Origin: Verrucomicrobiales bacterium
GTDB lineage: Bacteria > Verrucomicrobiota > Verrucomicrobiia > Verrucomicrobiales > V1-33
DNA length: 64,000 bases
Direction of reading: 5' to 3'
Assembly: GCA_031411295.1 (NCBI GenBank)
Contig: JANOAV010000187.1
Location: 1 to 64,000, forward strand
This document shows, piece after piece, positions 18,907 through 29,476 of the stretch. How positions within the stretch are numbered: the first letter of the stretch is position 1; every line of letters starts with the position of its first letter. Under the pieces are notes generated by a model. It made no database searches. It was given only the letters and a program-made list of their open reading frames with translations, and was not told where the DNA came from. A program made the translations under genes and the position numbers.

Positions 18907-19668
18907 ATGAAATACCTCAGCCTCCTGCTCCTTGTTTCCAGCGTTCTTGCGGCTCCTGCCGTGGCTGACGCTCCAGCGTCCACGCTGGGCGTTCCCGGCC
19001 AGCAAACCGCCCAAGTCTTCCATTTGGCAGGTTCCACTGAACCCGCCGGCACGCTGCACTATTGGCTCCACCTGCCCGCCGGTGCCAAGCCGGATGCGAA
19101 AGAGAAATTCCCGCTGCTGCTGTTCCTCCATGGTTCAGGCGAGCGTGGCACCGATTTGGAAAAAGTGAAAACGCACGGTCCGCCCAGTCTCATCGGTAAG
19201 AACCCGGACATGGATCGCTGCATCATCATCTCCCCGCAATGCCCACCGACCCAATGGTGGGATACCAAGCTCCTGCGCTCCCTGTGCGATGAACTAGCGC
19301 AAAAACTACCCGTGGATCCCGCCCGACGCTACCTCACCGGCCTGAGCATGGGCGGCTTCGGCACCTGGAGTTTGCTGGAGGAGAACCCCACCTATTGGGC
19401 CGCCGCCGTCCCTATCTGCGGGGGCGGGCATCCCGAAGCGGCCGCTAAATTTAAAGATGTTCCCATCTGGATCTTCCATGGGGCCAAAGACCCCGCCGTT
19501 CCCGTCAAAGCCTCTGAAGACATGTTCCAAGCCCTCGAAGCCGCTGGGGGCCATCCCCAGAAAACCATCTATCCCGAGGAACAACACAAGAGTTGGATTC
19601 CCGCTTACAACGACCCCAGCCTGTGGCGCTGGTTGCTGGCCCAGAAACTCCCTGCGGCTGGGAAATAG
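18907..19668 (+). CDS. Secreted alpha/beta hydrolase (predicted peptidase/carboxylesterase)
   Basis: Signal peptide MKYLSLLLL; FLHGSGERG, GLSMGG nucleophile elbow, FHGAKD, H in EQHKSW. Confidence 0.85.
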   Translation: MKYLSLLLLVSSVLAAPAVADAPASTLGVPGQQTAQVFHLAGSTEPAGTLHYWLHLPAGAKPDAKEKFPLLLFLHGSGERGTDLEKVKTHGPPSLIGKNPDMDRCIIISPQCPPTQWWDTKLLRSLCDELAQKLPVDPARRYLTGLSMGGFGTWSLLEENPTYWAAAVPICGGGHPEAAAKFKDVPIWIFHGAKDPAVPVKASEDMFQALEAAGGHPQKTIYPEEQHKSWIPAYNDPSLWRWLLAQKLPAAGK

Positions 19669-20532
19669 CTATACGGCAGCTTTCCGCCACCAGCGGAAGA
19701 GCGATTTGAAGGGCCAGATGATCACCTGAATCACCATCCCGACGACGGTCGCGATCAGCTTCATGGGCACCGTGGAAAGCTTGATGAATGGGTCGAGCGC
19801 CCGCTGCACCGTCGAGGAGCGGGAATACCAGATCGACAGCCATAAAATCAGCGCGATTCCAAGGAACTTCCAACCGGAGTGCAGATGGTAGTGACTACCA
19901 TCGGCTTTCCAAGCATCCACGGTTAATTCACCTACCAGAATAAAGCCCACAAAACCGATCAGCAGGAAGGCGGCATGTTCGAGAATGGGAAATTTCTCGA
20001 TCAACTTAATGCAGGCCCCGGCCACAAAGCGCAGCGCCAGAATGCCGATGAACACCCCGGTCATGACCACCCAGAGTCGGCGGTCCAAGGCGGCTGCAGC
20101 CACCACATTATCCACGCTCAGGCTCAGATCCATGATTTCAATAGCGACAATGGTGCCGAAAAATCCCCGCACCTTGGTCCCGTCCGGCTTGCCATCCGCG
20201 TCTTCATCCCCGGCCCCCGTGAAATGCTGACTCATCAAATAAAGTAAATACGCCGCCCCGATCCACATCACCACTGGCGTGTTTAGAATCCAAGCCGCCG
20301 CTAGTAACGCCAATCCCCGGAAGGCATACGCCCCAAAAATACCCAGCCGAAGCGCCAGAATGCGCTGCCGACGCGGCAAGTGCGACGCCATGGCCGCAAT
20401 CGCCAGGGCATTGTCCACCGAGAGCAGACCCTCAATAACAATGAGCGAGAAAATGACTGGTAGGGCGCTGAACACCTCCGCGCTGTCCGGCCAGGTAAAA
20501 CCTAAAAAAGTGAGCATAGGGAAGCAGTCCAT
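19669..20532 (-). CDS. TerC-family integral membrane protein
   Basis: EGLLSVDNAL and DLSLSVDNV motifs, multiple TM helices. Confidence 0.88.
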   Translation of the reverse strand: MDCFPMLTFLGFTWPDSAEVFSALPVIFSLIVIEGLLSVDNALAIAAMASHLPRRQRILALRLGIFGAYAFRGLALLAAAWILNTPVVMWIGAAYLLYLMSQHFTGAGDEDADGKPDGTKVRGFFGTIVAIEIMDLSLSVDNVVAAAALDRRLWVVMTGVFIGILALRFVAGACIKLIEKFPILEHAAFLLIGFVGFILVGELTVDAWKADGSHYHLHSGWKFLGIALILWLSIWYSRSSTVQRALDPFIKLSTVPMKLIATVVGMVIQVIIWPFKSLFRWWRKAAV

Positions 20533-20562
20533 ACCAAAGCGACTGGGGTTGCCAAGCGTTTC

Positions 20563-20889
20563 TTGGTGCGGCGGTGGTTTGTTGGCGATATTTCATTGCC
20601 AATTTCCATAATTGAGGGAAATATTGATCTCGTGTCCCCCTCTGTCCGCACTAACATTAGCAAAACATTACAAATTCTCGCCCGCTTGATCGGGTCGCGG
20701 ATTCGTGATGCGCAGACGGGTCGGGTGCTGGGGACGGCCTTCATGCTGTCCTGGCGGGGGAAGCTGCACCTGCTCGGCTACACTGGCCCGCCCGTGCGGC
20801 CGGTCTTTCTTTCACAATCTGAACTCTCCTATTCCCGCCAATCCTTGGGCTTCACACAGCATCCTGAGGTCGATTTCGAGCGGCTGTAA
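20563..20889 (+). CDS. Hypothetical protein heading the glycosylation gene run (start uncertain)
   Basis: Plausible ORF ending 11 nt before the next gene, same strand as the glf cluster. Confidence 0.5.
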   Translation: MVRRWFVGDISLPISIIEGNIDLVSPSVRTNISKTLQILARLIGSRIRDAQTGRVLGTAFMLSWRGKLHLLGYTGPPVRPVFLSQSELSYSRQSLGFTQHPEVDFERL

Positions 20890-20900
20890 CTTTCCGGTCC

Positions 20901-21647
20901 ATGCTCGATACTGCTAACATCATCATTACCCACCAGTCCGCTGAACAGGTCGAGCGCATGCTCGGCTGGTGGGAGACCTCGGCTCCGGCCAACTCGCTTT
21001 GGATCGCCTATGGCGGCACGCGGGATGAATTCGCCAAGATCGCCTGGAAGCAGAAATTTTATCTGGAGTCCAACCGCATCCGCACTTCCAGCCCCCAACG
21101 GGAGCGGCAGAGTTATCAGGAAGTCTTTCAGCAGGCGGTGCAATTAGGGGTTCTCGACGGCCTGCGCTATGTGCACTTGGCAGAATTCGATCAGATCCCG
21201 CTGCAGCCCGCCCTGAACATGCTACAAATCCGCGTGCTCAATCGCCTACGGGCGGACGTGCTGGGGTATCGACTGGCGCGCATTGATGGCACCAACCACG
21301 CGCATTATCTGAATCATACGCATGATCCTGCGTTCGCCAGATTTCTGGGCAGCATTTCCCGCCGTCCCGATCCTAACGTGGTGTTATCGTTCATGGGATT
21401 CGGTTCCTTTTGGACCACTGAAGCCTTCCGGGCGGTGGCCGCAGTCATCGAGCCGTTTCCCATCTATCTGGAAATCTGGATGCCGACGGTGGCGCATCAT
21501 CTTGGATTCCGCGTGCGGCGGATTGATGAACCCGCCAAATTTAATGAGGTTGCAGGGGATGCGACTAACCTGATCGAAGAAGCGACTGCCGCTGGCATGT
21601 GGAATATCCATCCTATTAAATCCCGATGGAATCCTACGACTACCTAA
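20901..21647 (+). CDS. Hypothetical protein, possibly glycosyltransferase-like
   Basis: 248-aa ORF overlapping the glf start; EFD acidic motif, terminal HPIK. Confidence 0.6.
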   Translation: MLDTANIIITHQSAEQVERMLGWWETSAPANSLWIAYGGTRDEFAKIAWKQKFYLESNRIRTSSPQRERQSYQEVFQQAVQLGVLDGLRYVHLAEFDQIPLQPALNMLQIRVLNRLRADVLGYRLARIDGTNHAHYLNHTHDPAFARFLGSISRRPDPNVVLSFMGFGSFWTTEAFRAVAAVIEPFPIYLEIWMPTVAHHLGFRVRRIDEPAKFNEVAGDATNLIEEATAAGMWNIHPIKSRWNPTTT

Positions 21648-22732
21648 TCGTCGGTTGCGGCATCGCAGGAATCACCATGGCGGAGCGGCTTGCTTCCGTG
21701 GGGAAGACCTGTCTCATGGTCGATCTGCGGAACCACATCGGAGGGAACTGTTATGACTGTCTGGATGAACATGGCGTGTTGATCCACCCCTATGGGCCGC
21801 ATTATTTCCGCACCAACTCCGATCAAGTCGTCACCTACCTCAGTCGATTCACCCGTTGGCAACCGACAGAATACCGCGTCCTGAGTTACATCGACGGAAC
21901 GTATTATAATTTCCCCATCAACCTCAACACTTTCGAGCAAATCCTCGGTCGCCCGAGCAGCGAGGAAGAAATGCTGCGCACGCTGGAGGAGTGGCGGGTG
22001 GAGATCCCTGATCCGCGCAATTCGGAGGAAGTGATCGTTTCCCAAGTCGGCTGGAAGCTCTACGAAATGTTCTTCAAGAACTACACGCTGAAGCAGTGGA
22101 AAGTGCCCCCCAGCGAGTTGGCAGCCAGTGTCTGCGGGCGCATTCCCATCCGCACCAATCGTGATGACCGCTATCTGAGTGAGAAATTCCAAGCTCTCCC
22201 CAAGGACGGCTACACGGCCATGTTCCAGCGCATGCTGGATTCCCCACTGATCAGCGTGCAGTTGGAAACGGATTATCGCTCCTTGTTAGGTAAAGTGGAA
22301 TTCCGTCAGATGATCTACACCGGGATGATCGATGCGTATTACGATTTCCAATTCGGTCCCTTGCCGTATCGGAGCCTGCGCTTCGAGCATGAGCATCACC
22401 AGATGCACTATTTCCAACCTGCCATGCAGGTGAATTTCCCCAACGAGCAGGAATACACCCGCATCATTGAGATCAAGCACGCGACCGGGCAGCATACCCC
22501 TGGCACCACCATCATCAAAGAATACCCCGCCGACTTCGGCCCTGGCCAGGAGCCCTATTATCCCGTGCCCACTCCGGCCAGCAAGCAACTCTACGAGCAA
22601 TATCACGCTTTGGCAGTAAATGAACCGAACGTCACTTTCCTCGGGCGACTTGCTTCCTATCGTTATTACAACATGGATCAAATCGTCGCCAGCGCGCTAC
22701 TCCAGTTTGCCAAACTGCATCCCTCTGCTTAA
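21626..22732 (+). CDS. glf: UDP-galactopyranose mutase
   Basis: VGCGIAG FAD motif, HIGGNCYD, YGPHYF, YT.KQW, LPYRSL, EPYYP, GRLASYRYYNMD. Confidence 0.95.
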   Translation: MESYDYLIVGCGIAGITMAERLASVGKTCLMVDLRNHIGGNCYDCLDEHGVLIHPYGPHYFRTNSDQVVTYLSRFTRWQPTEYRVLSYIDGTYYNFPINLNTFEQILGRPSSEEEMLRTLEEWRVEIPDPRNSEEVIVSQVGWKLYEMFFKNYTLKQWKVPPSELAASVCGRIPIRTNRDDRYLSEKFQALPKDGYTAMFQRMLDSPLISVQLETDYRSLLGKVEFRQMIYTGMIDAYYDFQFGPLPYRSLRFEHEHHQMHYFQPAMQVNFPNEQEYTRIIEIKHATGQHTPGTTIIKEYPADFGPGQEPYYPVPTPASKQLYEQYHALAVNEPNVTFLGRLASYRYYNMDQIVASALLQFAKLHPSA

Positions 22733-22740
22733 AGGAAACC

Positions 22741-23952
22741 ATGGCCGACACCTCGTCTATCCCCATGATGCCACGCCTTGCCAGCGTCTGTGGCACTTAT
22801 TTGAAACCGGAAATGCAGAGCATTTACCGGCAGGTGAATGGTGTGCACCAGTTTACCAACGTAGTGCTCTGCGAGCAGATCCAGCACATCGAGCAATTTC
22901 CGCACAGCCCCATTCACAAACTAACCAAGCTGCTGACCCCGCGGGCCAAGGGAAACTTCCTCAAGCGCTTCTGGTTCAAATACCTCGTCCGCCAATGGCC
23001 ACCGCCGGTGGAGATTAACAAATTGCCGCCCGGCCCACATTTCGGTTATGATCTGCCGAAAGTCCTCAAGGATCAGCAGATCGATCTGGTGCACGTTTAC
23101 TACGGCCACAAGGCCGTGAAATATTTGGATATGCTGCTGCATTGGGGCGGCCCGTGGATTGTGTCCTTCCACGGGGTGGATGTCTCCAAGTTCGTCGATC
23201 AAGCCGGTTATAAAGAAGATCTGCTGCGAGTTTTTGAAAACGCCAAACTGGTCTTGGCGCGCAGCCAATCGTTGTTGGAAGAATTGCAAACCCTGGGCTG
23301 TCCGCCGTGGAAGTTACGCCTCAACCACACCCCGATTCCGCTGGATCATTTCCCCGCCACCGTGCGCCAAGCCCCGGCCGATGGCGCTTGGCGCTTGGTC
23401 CAGGCCAGCCGGCTCATCCCCAAGAAAGGTCTCTTCACCACCTTGGAGGCGCTCCAAACCTTGGTCGGGGATTTCCCAAAACTGAAGTTTACCCTCTGCG
23501 GCACCGGGCCGGAAAAGGACGCCGTGCTGGCGCGCTGCCAGGCGCTGGGACTGCAGCACCACGTCGAGATTAAGGGCTGGCTCAGCCAGTCAGAATTGGC
23601 TGCGGAGTATCAGCAAAGCCACATTTTCCTCCACCCCAGCGAGACCACGGAATCCAACGATCAGGAGGGAATTCCCAACTCCATGCTCGAAGCCATGGCC
23701 ACTGGGCTGCCCGTTGTGGCCACGTATCATGGAGGAATCCCGGAAGCCGTCTCCGATGGTCAGGATGGATTGCTGGTCCCCGAGAAATCTCCCACCCAGT
23801 TGGCCGGCTCCCTGCGTTGGCTCATGGAACATCCAGACTTACTGGAGAAATTTTCCACTAATGCCGCCGCCAGCGTGCGCCAGAATTTCGGCCTGCCCGC
23901 CCAGATCGCAAAACTCGAAGCCTGCTACTGGGAAGCGCTCGGCAAGCATTAG
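22741..23952 (+). CDS. Glycosyltransferase family 4 (WcaL-like)
   Basis: SFHGVD, SRLIPKKG, DQEGIPNSMLEAMATGLPVVAT.HGGIPE. Confidence 0.9.
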   Translation: MADTSSIPMMPRLASVCGTYLKPEMQSIYRQVNGVHQFTNVVLCEQIQHIEQFPHSPIHKLTKLLTPRAKGNFLKRFWFKYLVRQWPPPVEINKLPPGPHFGYDLPKVLKDQQIDLVHVYYGHKAVKYLDMLLHWGGPWIVSFHGVDVSKFVDQAGYKEDLLRVFENAKLVLARSQSLLEELQTLGCPPWKLRLNHTPIPLDHFPATVRQAPADGAWRLVQASRLIPKKGLFTTLEALQTLVGDFPKLKFTLCGTGPEKDAVLARCQALGLQHHVEIKGWLSQSELAAEYQQSHIFLHPSETTESNDQEGIPNSMLEAMATGLPVVATYHGGIPEAVSDGQDGLLVPEKSPTQLAGSLRWLMEHPDLLEKFSTNAAASVRQNFGLPAQIAKLEACYWEALGKH

Positions 23953-24002
23953 GAAAGCAGCCAAGCCCCGTTGGAAGACTGAACTCCAACACCCTGGCCA
24001 AG

Positions 24003-25268
24003 TTATCTGGCAAACTTCGCTTTCCATGCGGACCGGGAAAGTTTCCCCCGATGGTCAGGGGCCAGATCGGGCTGGCACTGCCAGTGCCGGGGGCGCTGCC
24101 ACTGAGGCAACTCTGGAAGGTTGCTTTTAAGATCGTCCAGCGTGGCTCCCGCTTGCAAGGCCACCATGGCCACGATGTCTTCGCAACGCACCGGGTCTTG
24201 GCTGGGTTGGCCAAAGACCAGACTGCATTTCACGGCAGGATGGCGATTGAGCGCGGCTTCGATCTCCAGCGGATTTACTTTGCGCCCGGCCACATTGATG
24301 ATCTCCGAGGCCCTGCCTGCGAGGTAAATCTCCCCGTCTGAGCCCATCCTAACGATGTCGCTGGTGAGAAATTTTCCGGCACCTAACTCTTCGTTACGAT
24401 CCGGCCAATAGCCGATGCCGACCGCCGCGCTGGAGACCTCCAAGCGACCCGCCTCCCGCACTTCGAGCTGCACGTCCACCATGGCAGTGCCGGCTAAATT
24501 TTCCTCTGTCCTTGGCGTGTGGCTGCGGTCATAGGCGATGCCGCCGCACTCGCTCGATCCATAGAAATTATGCACCTTGAGTCCTGTTTGCTGGTAGATG
24601 CTGGTTTCCAGTTCTACGCTCAACGGAGCTCCGGCGGAAATAGCTAGGGTGATCTGGGGCGAGAGCACATTCGTTTCCCGCCAGGCCTTCCACATGGCAG
24701 GAACGGCCGGCAGGGTGGCATGCTTCAGACCGGACAGCGCCTTGGTTAGAGAAGCGGGAAGCGGGTCGGGTCCGAGCCGCAAGGGAATGCCATGGAGGAG
24801 GAGCGGCAGCACAAGATTGGAGAAACCATAGCTGTGTGCCAGGGAAATCACGCCTACGTTAGGCCAGTCCGCGCGCAACCCCATGGTGGCGACGATATTG
24901 TCCGCATCCGCCATGAGCTGCGCAGCGGTGAATGCCACCATGCGAGCCTGACCAGTGGAGCCACTGGTTTGTTTCAAATGCGCGATCTGATGTTCCGTGC
25001 ACCACGAGGCGTTTGGCCGTGAGGTCGGTTCCGCTCCATCAAGTGGCAGCAGCGGGCAGTGGTATTTCCAAGCGCGCAGGGTTTCGAAAATGAACTTTTC
25101 ATCGCGTCCGCGCACGGTGGCGAGAGCCGCTGTCGGAGGCGGGAGGCCTTGGGAGATGTGCCACAAGTCTGCAAACGTCCATGCTTGCTGTGTGGCTACA
25201 TTTACCAAGGCGGGGCGCGTTCCAGCCTTGGCGGCCACAGCCTCCCAGCGATCATAGAGCAACCCCAT
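24003..25268 (-). CDS. AMP-binding enzyme (acyl-CoA synthetase-like)
   Basis: TSGSTG, YGSSE, TSD, GR...IN..GRKV.P.EIE, terminal GK. Confidence 0.88.
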   Translation of the reverse strand: MGLLYDRWEAVAAKAGTRPALVNVATQQAWTFADLWHISQGLPPPTAALATVRGRDEKFIFETLRAWKYHCPLLPLDGAEPTSRPNASWCTEHQIAHLKQTSGSTGQARMVAFTAAQLMADADNIVATMGLRADWPNVGVISLAHSYGFSNLVLPLLLHGIPLRLGPDPLPASLTKALSGLKHATLPAVPAMWKAWRETNVLSPQITLAISAGAPLSVELETSIYQQTGLKVHNFYGSSECGGIAYDRSHTPRTEENLAGTAMVDVQLEVREAGRLEVSSAAVGIGYWPDRNEELGAGKFLTSDIVRMGSDGEIYLAGRASEIINVAGRKVNPLEIEAALNRHPAVKCSLVFGQPSQDPVRCEDIVAMVALQAGATLDDLKSNLPELPQWQRPRHWQCQPDLAPDHRGKLSRSAWKAKFAR

Positions 25269-25285
25269 CGGAACGCAGCGTCCAG

Positions 25286-26164
25286 CTAGTGTTTGGGGGC
25301 TCCCACAGTGCCCTCGTTGATCTCTTCCTTGCGAGTCTTCACGATGCGGTCAGCGATTTCCCGGATCATCTCCTCCAACAGCATACGCACGTGGCTCCCC
25401 GGGCGGAAATCGCTGGGGGCAATGTGCTTCACGCGTTGGGCATGGGTCGCGAGTTGATAGCATTTCCGGAAACTGTTCCGGGAGTTGTCATCGGGATTAT
25501 ACACGGCAATGGCATGGCCGCCGAATTGCTTCATGACAGTGAAACAAGGCACATCCGTGGGGCCATCGCCCAAGTAAATCATATTGGGAAAGGGGATCTT
25601 GCGCAGATCAGCCGGCATGTGGTCGTTGACATCCTCGCTCAGATCCAACAATCCCTTGTTGATCCGGAATAAATATTGCGTCTTCTGGGTGTGGCTGATG
25701 ACTCGCTTCGGAAAGCTGATGCGACCATTGGCATCCGTGGCGAACTCGCAGCCGAAGATGGCTTTCACATAAGGTTTCAGGCGGCTGCCATCGATCAGCG
25801 CCTTGATGCCGCTGGAAATGATGTAGTGCTCAATCTTGATGCCCATGGCGCGGTGAGTGTCCGAGAGCACGGCATCCAACTCGTCGAACATCTCCGGCAG
25901 GCCCTTGTAGAATTTCAAATTCGCTCCGAGGCGCTCCAGGTCTTCATTGGTGGGCGGATCGATGTCGAGATAATCCAGCATCGTTTTCAGGTAGGCCAGC
26001 TCACTCTCCCAGCCTTCATCGCGCGTCAGTTGCTGACATTTTTTCCAAAACGCCGCAGAATTGATGCCAAACGCCGGGAAGAGCACCTCATCCTGCATGT
26101 AGGTGGGGCTTAGGGTTTGATCGTAATCGTAGGCAATACCGATAGTGGTTTGGGGAACGGACAT
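25286..26164 (-). CDS. HAD-superfamily hydrolase
   Basis: DYDQT motif I, ISSG, KT, YLGDGPTD. Confidence 0.88.
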   Translation of the reverse strand: MSVPQTTIGIAYDYDQTLSPTYMQDEVLFPAFGINSAAFWKKCQQLTRDEGWESELAYLKTMLDYLDIDPPTNEDLERLGANLKFYKGLPEMFDELDAVLSDTHRAMGIKIEHYIISSGIKALIDGSRLKPYVKAIFGCEFATDANGRISFPKRVISHTQKTQYLFRINKGLLDLSEDVNDHMPADLRKIPFPNMIYLGDGPTDVPCFTVMKQFGGHAIAVYNPDDNSRNSFRKCYQLATHAQRVKHIAPSDFRPGSHVRMLLEEMIREIADRIVKTRKEEINEGTVGAPKH

Positions 26165-26326
26165 GCGCTCACTATGGCGTGGTTCGCTGGGGTTGCATCT
26201 GGAAATTGGGGGCTAGTTGCTGAGTCATTGGAGGGGGGCAGTTCAGCGGACGACGACCACAGTCGGGTGTTGCCATCAGTGTGGATGGGTCTAGGGGTTT
26301 GGTTCAATTTTACCCCTCCATTTGCC

Positions 26327-26608
26327 ATGCCTTACGTTTTGATCATTCATGAAGTAGCCGATTATCCCGCTTGGAAAGCCGTCTTCGATGGCGCGGCTGG
26401 CTTGCGGCGGGAAGCGGGGGAGCGCTCCTATCAGGTGCTGCGCTATGAGCACGACGCGAACAAGATCGTGCACTTCTCGGTGTGGACGTCACTGGCGGCG
26501 GCCCGTAAATTTTTTGAATCGCCTGAATTGGTGAAAATCCGGGAGGAAGCCGGGGTGCACGCGCCCGATTTCATTTACTTGGAGCAGTTGGCAGCCGGGA
26601 CGTTGTAA
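26327..26608 (+). CDS. Dimeric alpha/beta-barrel (antibiotic biosynthesis monooxygenase/cyclase-like) protein
   Basis: MPYVLIIHEVADYPAWKAVFD...ARKFFESPEL...AGV pattern; start at 26327. Confidence 0.75.
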   Translation: MPYVLIIHEVADYPAWKAVFDGAAGLRREAGERSYQVLRYEHDANKIVHFSVWTSLAAARKFFESPELVKIREEAGVHAPDFIYLEQLAAGTL

Positions 26609-26659
26609 AAAGGCGTCTTTTTCGTGGCGCAGGGCGTTCAGGCGCTTTAGAGGAAAGTC

Positions 26660-26878
26660 ATGAAATTAGCACAGGGCCAGATTTGGGAACAAGGAGAGAA
26701 CTATTATCGCATCGTCAGTCGGGATCGGCTGACGGTGGACTACAAGCGTGTGCCCAGTCCATACGAGAAGGAAGGGGAACGCTTGCAGGTGTCCAAAAAG
26801 GAATTCTGCCGACTGCTCAAGGGAGCCGTGCTCTGGCAACCGCCCGCTGATGAGGCTGCGGAAGCACCTGAGAGTTAG
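26660..26878 (+). CDS. Small hypothetical protein
   Basis: 72-aa ORF preceded by an RBS-like aggaaag; GQIW...RIV...VDYK...KKEFCRLL. Confidence 0.6.
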   Translation: MKLAQGQIWEQGENYYRIVSRDRLTVDYKRVPSPYEKEGERLQVSKKEFCRLLKGAVLWQPPADEAAEAPES

Positions 26879-26891
26879 GCCGCGCAGCCGA

Positions 26892-28136
26892 TCACAGCGC
26901 CAGCAGGCCCTGGGCCTTGTGGAGCGTTTCCTCCCACTCGAGTTCGGGAATGCTGTCGGCCACGATGCCGGCACCGACGTGGAAGTGCGCCTGGTCTCCC
27001 TCCACCACCAAGGTGCGGATGGCAATGTTGAAGTGGCTACTGCCATCGAAACCCAGATAGCCAATGCTGCCCGTGTAGAGTCCGCGGGGCGTCGTTTCCA
27101 GTTCGGCAATGATTTCCCGGGCTCGACGTTTGGGGGCACCGGTGATACTGCCGCCGGGGAAACAGGCTTGCAACGCGCTGAGGTGATCTTCCTCCGGTCG
27201 CAGCGTGCCCTGCACGGTGGAGACCAGGTGGAAGACGTGCGCGTAGCGTTCCAGTTTCAACAACTCCGGCACATGCACGCTGCCGAAGGCGCAGACTTGG
27301 CCCAGATCATTGCGCTGCAAATCGGTGATCATCAGCAACTCCGCGCGCTCTTTCTCTGAGGCTAGTAAATCCAGGAGCGACTTCTGATCCGCCGCTTCAT
27401 CGCGGAAGCGGGGTCGGGTGCCCTTGATTGGCCGCGTCTGAATCATGTCGCCTGTCATTTTGAGGAAAGATTCCGGAGACGAGGAAAGCACTTGGCGGTC
27501 CCCTTGATCCAGAAACGCCGCGTAGGGAGCCGGGGACAACTCCCGCAGCCGCAGGTAAGCACCTACCGCATCCGCTCCGACGGGCCAGGGGCTGCGCATT
27601 TGATGAGTGAGATTGACCTGATAGATATCTCCCGCTGCGATGTAGTTCTGGGCGTGTCGCACCTGCTCCATGAACTTGGCGGGCGGGGTCTGGGGTTGGA
27701 AATTCAGCTTGGGCACAGACGGCAGCCACGGCACGTCTTGGGCGTGGCTCAGCAGATCGCCCACCTCCCACCATTCCTCGGTGCTGGGTCGGTGGAGCAG
27801 GAGATTCTCGTAGCAACCGAAATGATAGGTTCCTGCATAATCCACGGTTCCGATCAGCCCACCCAGCGGCAAGCCAAGATCTGCGGGCGCGCTAAGCGCA
27901 TGTTCTCGCAGACAGTTCCGCAACGCAGAAACCTCACGGAGATGCCCCCGATACTCATGGGATGGCCGAGCTGCCAGCACGCTCAGACCTTCTCCCGGCT
28001 GCTGCGCATGGCCCGCGGTGTCCAGCCACACAAAGCCCGGCAACCCACGCAGCCGCAACGCCATTTCTTCGACTGAAGCAGTCAGGGCAAGGCGACGGGC
28101 CGAAACAGCAGGGACACTGGGAGGGACGGAAGACAT
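26892..28136 (-). CDS. pabB: Aminodeoxychorismate synthase component I / anthranilate synthase component I family
   Basis: GDIYQVNL, SSSPE, RPIKGT, KERAELLMITDLQRNDLG, FPGGSITGAPK, IAIRT, GAGIVADS. Confidence 0.85.
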   Translation of the reverse strand: MSSVPPSVPAVSARRLALTASVEEMALRLRGLPGFVWLDTAGHAQQPGEGLSVLAARPSHEYRGHLREVSALRNCLREHALSAPADLGLPLGGLIGTVDYAGTYHFGCYENLLLHRPSTEEWWEVGDLLSHAQDVPWLPSVPKLNFQPQTPPAKFMEQVRHAQNYIAAGDIYQVNLTHQMRSPWPVGADAVGAYLRLRELSPAPYAAFLDQGDRQVLSSSPESFLKMTGDMIQTRPIKGTRPRFRDEAADQKSLLDLLASEKERAELLMITDLQRNDLGQVCAFGSVHVPELLKLERYAHVFHLVSTVQGTLRPEEDHLSALQACFPGGSITGAPKRRAREIIAELETTPRGLYTGSIGYLGFDGSSHFNIAIRTLVVEGDQAHFHVGAGIVADSIPELEWEETLHKAQGLLAL

Positions 28137-28239
28137 CTGAAATATTACGATGCGCGGTCCGGCCACCGCAGCAAGCGCAGAATTTAGGATCCAGCGTAGC
28201 ACGATCCGTCTCGGTGGTCCCATTTACCCTGAGCGTGGA

Positions 28240-29358
28240 TCAGAGGAAAGGCTGCCAGGCGGTGCCGCGTTTGGGAGCCTCTAACTCCTCTCGGAGGACC
28301 GCGTGTTTTTCGATCACGACCATGTAGGGATACCAGTGCACCGAGCAAATGCAGGCTTGCAGCGTGTTCACTGAGGAAGCCAGCACGGGCCCCGGTTGAT
28401 GGACTTGAGTGTGGAGTTTGGAAACGAGCCCGGCCACGAAAGCACTGAATTCGTTGCGATCCCCGTGCACATCTTCGCAAATGTAAACTCCCCCCGGAGC
28501 CAGATGCGGCAACATTTCTTCCAGGGTCACCATTTGCTGCTCAGGAGTGTGACCGCCATCATCAATGAGGACATCCAGTTCCGGCACCTCCGCCCTCACT
28601 TGCTTCCAGAAGCTGCGGTCGGCCTGATCCCCGATGAAGATCGAGCAGCGTTCCCGGGCGTAACTGCGGCAAGCCTCTTCGATATCCACGCCATAAATGT
28701 GAGCCGTCGGACCCAGGTAATCCAACCACATCCCGATGCTGCCACCGCTGTAGATTCCCACTTCCATGAGCTTGGTATCCTGACCGATGAACTTTTCGAG
28801 GTGGCGATGGTAGGCAGCGAAATAATGCCGCCATTTCCAAATTCCATTCCCCTCCGTGTTCGCTTCAAAGTAGCGTTCCAGCGCATTGCCCGCAGGAACA
28901 GGCTGGGCACGGCTGGTGCGGTTCGGCAGGGGGAGCGGAAAATCCGTGGCGAACTTCCTCCCGCGCAGCCACTCGGTTGAGGCGCTGGCTCGGCCCGACG
29001 TCGAACCGACAGCGCTTCGCGTGGCCGGCAAATCACGCTTACTAAAGGTCCGCCCACCCTTGGGAAACTCGACTGCTACTTCCACCACTTTGAAGGAGAA
29101 CGGCACCTCGACCTCAGTTTCGACCCACTGGGAAGGAATTGGGATCATGAACCCGCAATTGGCAGGAAGCTCCTCATGGCTGCAAGGACCGTTCGCCACG
29201 GCGGTGCTAACGGTTGCACCATCGTGATTTAGTAACGCAATGGTCAGCGCAGTTTCCGGGGAGGCTGGGCAATAGGCCGCACCTGTTAGGAATGCTCCCT
29301 GAATGCCAAAATAACGTCTAATAATGGGGCCTGTGAGGTGAGGATGAGTGGTGCGCAT
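28240..29358 (-). CDS. Class I SAM-dependent methyltransferase with N-terminal extension
   Basis: KWRHYF, EVGIYSGGS, GVDI, GDQAD, IDDGGH, GGVYICED. Start placed at MRTTHP. Confidence 0.8.
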   Translation of the reverse strand: MRTTHPHLTGPIIRRYFGIQGAFLTGAAYCPASPETALTIALLNHDGATVSTAVANGPCSHEELPANCGFMIPIPSQWVETEVEVPFSFKVVEVAVEFPKGGRTFSKRDLPATRSAVGSTSGRASASTEWLRGRKFATDFPLPLPNRTSRAQPVPAGNALERYFEANTEGNGIWKWRHYFAAYHRHLEKFIGQDTKLMEVGIYSGGSIGMWLDYLGPTAHIYGVDIEEACRSYARERCSIFIGDQADRSFWKQVRAEVPELDVLIDDGGHTPEQQMVTLEEMLPHLAPGGVYICEDVHGDRNEFSAFVAGLVSKLHTQVHQPGPVLASSVNTLQACICSVHWYPYMVVIEKHAVLREELEAPKRGTAWQPFL

Positions 29359-29476
29359 GAGTCGGCGGAGATGATTTTCCCCTGAAACAATTAAATGAAG
29401 AGGGACGCTACCCGCTATCTTTTCTGGACGCAACCGCGTCCTTGCCTGAAGGTAAAAACGACGCGATGGTTCCCTC

